Shown: in pieces, positions 54,013-64,000 of the stretch
How the letters are laid out: the number at the start of each line of letters is the position of its first letter
Numbering within the stretch: the first letter of the stretch is position 1
Source: the human T2T-CHM13v2.0 reference genome, Homo sapiens
Length of the DNA stretch: 64,000 nucleotides
Direction: 5' to 3' (one strand)
Assembly: GCF_009914755.1 (NCBI RefSeq)
Contig: NC_060925.1
Notes under the pieces: model-generated
Told to the model about the DNA's origin: nothing
What the model saw: the letters and a program-made list of their open reading frames with translations, nothing else
Database searches by the model: none
Position numbers and translations under genes: made by a program

Positions 54013-54488
54013 TCGGATTCAGGGCAAGGGGAGGCTGAACAAAAAAAAAGATGGCCAAATAGGAACAGCTCCAGTCTACAGCTCCCAGCATGAGTGATGC
54101 AGAAGACAGGTGATTTCTGCATTTCCATCTGAGCTACCGGGTTCATCTCACTAGGGAGTGCCAGACAGTGGGCACAGGACAGTGGGTGCAGTGTACCCTG
54201 CGCAAGCCGAAACAGGGCGAGGCATTGCCTCACTCGGGAAGTGCAAGGGGTCAGGGAGTTCCCTTTCCTAGTCAAAGAAAGGGGTGACAGACGGCACCTG
54301 GAAAATCGGGTCACTCTCACCCTAATACTGCGCTTTTCCGACGGGCTTAAAAAACGGCGCACCAGGAGATTATATGCCGCACATGGCTCGGAGGGTCCTA
54401 CGCCCACGGAGCCTCGCTGATTGCTAGCACAGCAGTCTGAGACCAAACTGCAAGGTGGCAGCGAGGCTGGGGGAGGGGTGCCTGCCAT
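54009..54488 (-). CDS. L1 antisense ORF0-like frame, open for 159 codons
   Basis: MAGTPPPASLPPCSLVSDCCASNQRGSVGVGPSEP... matches the L1 ORF0 N-terminus; GCAATGG context; expression unknown. Confidence 0.4.
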   Translation of the reverse strand: MAGTPPPASLPPCSLVSDCCASNQRGSVGVGPSEPCAAYNLLVRRFLSPSEKRSIRVRVTRFSRCRLSPLSLTRKGNSLTPCTSRVRQCLALFRLAQGTLHPLSCAHCLALPSEMNPVAQMEMQKSPVFCITHAGSCRLELFLFGHLFFCSASPCPESE

Positions 54489-55071
54489 TGCCCAGGCTTG
54501 CTTAGGTAAACAAAACAGCCAGGAAGATCGAACTGGGTGGAGCCCACCACAGCTCAAGGAGGCCTGCCTGCCTCTGTAGGCTCCACTTCTGGGGCCAGGG
54601 CACAGACAAACAAAAAGACAGCAGTAACCTCTGCAGACTTAAATGTCCCTGTCTGACAGCTTTGAAGAGAGCAGTGGTTCTCCCAGCACGCAGCTGGAGA
54701 TCTGAGAACCGGCAGACTGCCTCCTCAAGTGGGTCCCTGACCCCTGGCCCCCGAGCAGCCTAACTGGGAGGCACCCCCCAGTAGGGACAGACTGACACCT
54801 CACATGGCGGGGTACTCCTCTAAGACAAAACTTCCAGAGGAACGATCAGACAGCAGCATTCGCGGTTCACAAAAATCCGCTGTTCTGCAGCCACCGCTGC
54901 TGATACCCAGGCAAAAGGGTCTGGAGTGGACCTCTAGCAAACTCCAACAGACCTGCAGCTGAGGGTCCTGTCTGTTAGAAGGAAAAGTAACAAACAGAAA
55001 GGACATCCACACCAAAAACCCATCTGTACATCACCATCATCAAAGACCACAAAGTAGATAAAACCACAAAG

Positions 55072-56125
55072 ATGGGGAAAAAGCAGAGCAGAAAAACTGG
55101 AAACTCTAAAAAGCAGAGCACCTCTCCTCCCCCAAAGGAACGCAGTTCCTCACCAGGAACAGAACAAACCTGGATGGAGAATGACTTTGATGAGTTGAGA
55201 GAAGAAGGCTTCAGACGATCAAACTACTCCGAGCTACGGGAGTACATTCAAACCAAAGGCAAAGAAGTTAAAAACTTTGAAAAAAATTTAGATGAATGTA
55301 TAACTAGAATAACCAATATAGAGAAGTGCTTAAAGGAGCTGATGGAGCTGAAAGCCAAGGCTTGAGAACTACGTGAAGAATGCAGAAGCCTCAGTAGCCG
55401 ATGCAATAAACTGGAAGAAAGAGTATTAGTGATGGAAGATGAAATGAGTGAAATGAAGCGAGAAGGGAAGTTTAGAGAAAAAAGAATAAAAAGAAATGAA
55501 AAAAGCCTCCAAGAAATATGGGACTATGTGAAAAGACCAAATCTACATCTGATTGGTGTACCTGAAAGTGACGGGGAGAATGGAACCAAGTTGGAAAACA
55601 CTCTGCAGGATATTATCCAGGAGAACTTCCCCAATCTAGCAAGGCAGGCCAACATTCAGATTCAGGAAATACAGAGAACGCCACAAAGATACTCCTCAAG
55701 AAGAGCAACTCCAAGACACATAATTGTCAGATTCACCAAAGTTGAAATGAAGGAAAAAATGTTTTCCTTCATTTCAAGCCAGAGAGAAAGGTGGGATTTC
55801 TCCTTCAAGCCAGAGAGAAAGGTCGGGTTACCCTCAAAGGGAAGCCCATCAGACTAACAGCAGATCTCTCAGCAGAAACTCTACAAGCCAGAAGAGAGTG
55901 GGGGCCAATATTCAACTTTCTTAAAGAAAAGAATTTTCAACCCAGAATTTCATATCCAGCCAAACTAAGCTTCATAAGTGAAGGAGAAATAAAATACTTT
56001 ACAGACAAGCAAATGCTGAGAGATTTTGTCACCACCAGCCCTGCCCTAAAAGAGCTCCTGAAGGAAGCACTAAACATGAAAGGAACAACCGGTACCAGCC
56101 GCTGCAAAATCATGCCAAAATGTAA
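55072..56125 (+). pseudogene. L1 ORF1p, disrupted
   Basis: MGKKQSRKTGNSK...; premature TGA 55363-55365 (CGA>TGA), +38-nt insertion at ~55762, further frameshift near the end. Confidence 0.95.
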
Positions 56126-56188
56126 AGAACATCGAGACTAGCAAGAAACTGCATCAACTAATGAGCAAAATAACCAGCTAACATCATA

Positions 56189-60012
<3,824 letters not shown>

Positions 60013-60869
60013 ACAATGAGAACACATGGACACAGGAAGGGGAATATCACACTCTGGAGACTGTTGTGGGGTGGGGGGATGGGGGAGGGATAGCATTAGG
60101 AGATATACCTAATGCTAAATGACGAGTTAATGGTTGCAGCACACCAGCATGGCACATGTATACATATGTAACTAACCTGCACAATGTGCACATGAACCCT
60201 AAAACTTAAAGTATAATAATAATAAAATTAAAGAAAAGAGCTAAGTGATTTGCCTGAATATATTTCATTACTTACGCCCTTATTCTTGGCTTTTTGGCTA
60301 AGAATCTTCCATATCTTCTCAGGCTTGAAGCCCAGCCCATCGTTTTCTCTTTGTGACTTTTATCTGCCCAACCTCATTTTTCAGGAAGATCTCAGACCCT
60401 CACAGATCAGCCATAATGCAGACCCATCTTGACTCGGCCACTCCAGGAAGCTTGTTCTGTTGTTGGATATGTTAAATTGTTTAAAGTTTGCTTTTGTCTT
60501 TGGTCAAAATCTGAGTCACTGTACTTTCTGCTCTTTGGTCTGAATTGTTTTTTTTTTCCTTGTAGTAACACAAAAACAACACATCTATTCTTAATAATAA
60601 TGTCATATTTTTATAGCGCTTTAGATTGCAAAGAGATTTCACATTATCTGATTAAATCTCAACAAAAATTTCTTGTAAATTGATATGCAATAAATTGTCT
60701 GTGATATTACAATCTTTGAGCTGTGAAACTTGGAATTCCTCTCAAAGTCATCTGACTCCAGGGCTAGGTTTTTACATTGTACCTGCATTGTAGTTCTCTT
60801 CCTTACCACACTCTTTTAAACATTTGACCAAGCACTTACATAGCCTACCTTCTAGTAGTCCCATTCTCA

Positions 60870-62000
60870 CTGACATGCCCAAGATAAATTCATACAAGTA
60901 CTCCAGGAGACCTATGTTAGAATGCTCACAGTAGCACTATTCACATTAGCAAAAACCTATGACAGCCTAACAGCCCATTGACAGGAGAGTAGATGATCAA
61001 CTATTGCATATTAATTCAATGAAATAGTATTTAGCAGTCAAAACTATTAAAAAACAAGGATGGATATTACAAATATAATATTAAGTAAAAAATAAGTTCC
61101 AAAAGAATACATTAAATATGATACTTTTAAAATAAAGCCAGAAAAAATTAAAATGAAAAACATACTTTTAAGCTTATATGGAGATGAGATCAAACTATAC
61201 ACAATGAAAGGAAGCAATAGATAATCACAGGATTCAAGATGGTGGTTACTTTAGGTTGAGTGAGATAGGAAAATGCAGTGGTGCTGACCACGTATTGGTC
61301 TTCAGTTATTATTGCTGTATAAGAAACAAACCAAAACTTAGTGCCATAAAATAACCATTTACTTATTTTCACAGATTCACTGGGGGATGTAGACAAGGAA
61401 CTATGAGGATAACTTGTGTTTGCTCCATGACATCACTGCCTCAGCTGGGAGGACTTGAAGCATGAGGCTGGCTAGAATCATCTGGAGATGTCTAGCAGTT
61501 GATGCTGGCTGATGGCTGGAATGCCTATATGTGGCTTCTCCACATAGATTTTCAGGGTGGGCTAGTTTGAGCTTCCTCACAGAATGATGGCTAGATTTTT
61601 AGAGTGAGTATCCCTGGAGAGAAAGGCAGAGGGCATGGCATCTTTATGATCTACCTAGTTGCATAGTGTTCCTTTTGCAAACTCTGTTGGTAAAGTCAGT
61701 TACAATGGTCCTTTCAGTTTCAAGAGGAGGGTACATAAGTTCCATCATTCAGTGGGTAGGCGGTCATTGTCACATTGTAAGAAGGGCATGTGGGATGGGA
61801 GTTATCTCTGTGGTCTCTGCCAGAAGCGGAAGTAAGTTATTGTCAACGTTTTGGTTTTTTGTTGGGTGGTGGGTTCATGGGATCTTACTGCATTATCGAA
61901 AATAGACATCAAACAATCATATAAAAATAAGTTAAAACATTCATGGATCAGTGATGAGAATGTGTCTTAAAGCAACTATTATGATTATTATATGTTGGTG
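60870..62000 (+). mobile_element. Old L1ME 3' fragment split by an LTR
   Basis: agaatgctcacagtagcactattcacattagcaaaaacc...cacaggattcaagatggtggttac; resumes ~61830. Confidence 0.6.
61292..61820 (-). mobile_element. MLT1G/H-like MaLR LTR
   Basis: attgctgtataagaaacaaaccaaaacttagtg...gctagaatcatctggag...tgtgggatgggag. Confidence 0.7.
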
Positions 62001-62767
62001 TACTTGAAGTACAATAGAAACTTGAAGGTTCATATTCATCTCCTTCACTTTGGATGCCCCAGCTTTCTTAAATGTTCTTCATACAATGGGCCTTTAGACC
62101 CTCTCATCATCTTGGTCTTGCTTTTCTCAAAGTTCTCCAGTTGGCCAGCAGTTCTCTTAAAGAATCACAGCAGAGGGCAAAGATGGATTACGTCCATTCT
62201 ATCAGTGGACTATTTGCTTTTATAATCTGTATATAATATGACTTTTAATATTAAAATTTATACTCACTTTTTAGTACTCATATCACATTATTGGCTTGTA
62301 CTGAGTTATGGTCAGTTGAAAACCCCTGCATTATTTTTCAAGCCATACCATACTATATTTTTTATACCATTGAGTCCAAATTTTCTCATCTTAAGTTTTC
62401 AGATTGTTTTCATGAGTCTCAATATAGTCATTTACATTTATCCTTGTAAAATTTCAAATGGATTATTTTCAGTTCATTTTTCTGAACTTTGACATAAATT
62501 AGAATCTCTATTTTGTTATCTAGTATATTGACTGTCCTTACCACTCTTGTAATATTCACAAATTTGATTAGCATGCTGATTATGTTTTGATCTAAGTTGA
62601 TCAGGGCAGGGCAAAGAACAGAATCCTGGTGAGGTTAACCTGACATGATTTGTTTTTAGTGAATCCAGGCTCTCTTTTAAAGGGACCCAAATTTATCAAC
62701 TTATTTCTCATTTCAATAGAATGTAGATGCTATATTTGCCAGGGTTTTTAGAACCTATTTAAATGGA

Positions 62768-62836
62768 TTTCCTTCCTTCCTTCCTTCCTTCCTTCCTTCC
62801 TTCCTTCCTTCCTTCCTTCCTTCCTTCCTTCCTTCC
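62768..62836. repeat. (TTCC)n microsatellite
   Basis: Pure tetranucleotide repeat. Confidence 0.97.
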
Positions 62837-63674
62837 TGTTACAGAACCTATACTAGGTACTGCTAGTCATAAAGTGAATAAGATGTAGTCTTTAATTTGA
62901 AAGATCTACTTTTGTTTCTCCTGTTCTCCACCCCTTTGAAAATCACGGCTTTGCCTATCTTTGGCCTTCTGGCACAGCTCCATTATTTCCATAAAATTGC
63001 TGACAAGGGTCAGATTTATGAATGTCATATTGAAAAAATGAGGATACGGTGAGAGGGCAGGAAATTACCACCTTACGCAGAAAAGTTTTTGTGAAGGAGA
63101 TAGAATTTCAGGATGTCTTAGAACACTTGATGAATTTTGTTTAAATCTTGACTGAATTTTGTTAGATTTGACATATACAGAAGTATAGTAGAATTCAGAA
63201 CAAATTATTAACTTGTCCCAAACTGTATAGTAAATATGAATATTTTTACTGTTGCTAGAATAAATCTTAGCATGAGAGGACTATTAGCATGCAACTCACA
63301 CTAAAACTAGTTTCTTTTTTAAAAAATAACCTTACTAAAATTTTCACTTGAAGTTTTATTTTGATATTCTGTATGTGCACATAATGCTAGGGTAGAAAAG
63401 CTGGAAACAGTGCCTCAGGCATTGAAAAGACAAAGTATACAAATTTTATTGTAGAACCCACCTTTTTTTTTCAAAGCAGTAACTTTTTAATGCCTAGTTG
63501 TGTTCCATTATTGTGCTAATAAATCTATAGGCATAAGAAATTGGGATTTTACTAGAAGTAAGCGGAGTGTAACTTTTTTTCCAAAACTAGGTTGCTAAAA
63601 TTGTCATTTGATGATTAAGAGGGACCTCATTTTACCATTGTTAGTCTCTTCAACCAAAATGTTGCCCATAATGC

Positions 63675-63713
63675 TGTATGTGTGTGTGTGTATGTGTGTG
63701 TGTGTGTGCGCGC
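63675..63713. repeat. (TG)n microsatellite
   Basis: Direct read. Confidence 0.93.
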
Positions 63714-63817
63714 ACATTTTACTGCCACTGCTTTACTTGTCATCCCCTTACCCCTTGCCTAACAGTTTCTGTCTTCTTTCAGGATGGAAAAGGGGGAAAA
63801 ATATAAACATTTTTCAG

Positions 63818-64000
63818 TTTTCTTTTGTTTCTTTTTTCTTTTCTTTTGAGACAGGGTCTTGCTCTGTCAGTCAGGCTGGAGTGTAGTGGCACAATCTCGC
63901 CTCACCGTAGCCTCTGCCTCCCAGACTCAAGCAATCCTTCCACCTCAGTCACTGGAGTAGCTGGGACCACAGGTGTGTGCCACCACACCCAGCTAATGTT
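63818..64000 (-). mobile_element. AluJ, cut by the window end
   Basis: gagacagggtcttgctctgtc...ctcaagcaatccttccacctcag. Confidence 0.88.

Overview
Primate (human-like) non-coding genomic DNA, about half of it recognisable transposable-element remnants: ~22 Alu/FLAM pieces, many L2/MIR fragments, MaLR/ERVL LTRs, hAT-type MER elements, a Ricksha (MULE) DNA transposon, an old inverted L1MA and one near-full-length, inactivated L1PA3 (~54048-60235, +). I recognise no host protein-coding exon; almost all ORF-track entries come from repeats or low-complexity tracts. Best finding: the L1PA3's target-site duplication (AAGAGCTAAGTG) also encloses ~170 nt of upstream sequence. Most of that is an MLT2A (HERV-L LTR) fragment running from about the LTR transcription start to its splice donor, consistent with an L1 mobilised from an LTR-promoted spliced RNA. 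A second composite insertion (FLAM + MST LTR R region ending near the LTR poly(A) signal, inside one TSD) looks like a 3' transduction. Also present: a 45-bp-arm hairpin lying between two copies of a 180-bp local duplication, several fold-back repair scars, an ETS-rich promoter-like patch near 40.8 kb and candidate non-coding exons. Repeat subfamily calls rest on my recall of consensus sequences and need RepeatMasker/Dfam confirmation; boundaries of old elements are approximate. I cannot name the locus.
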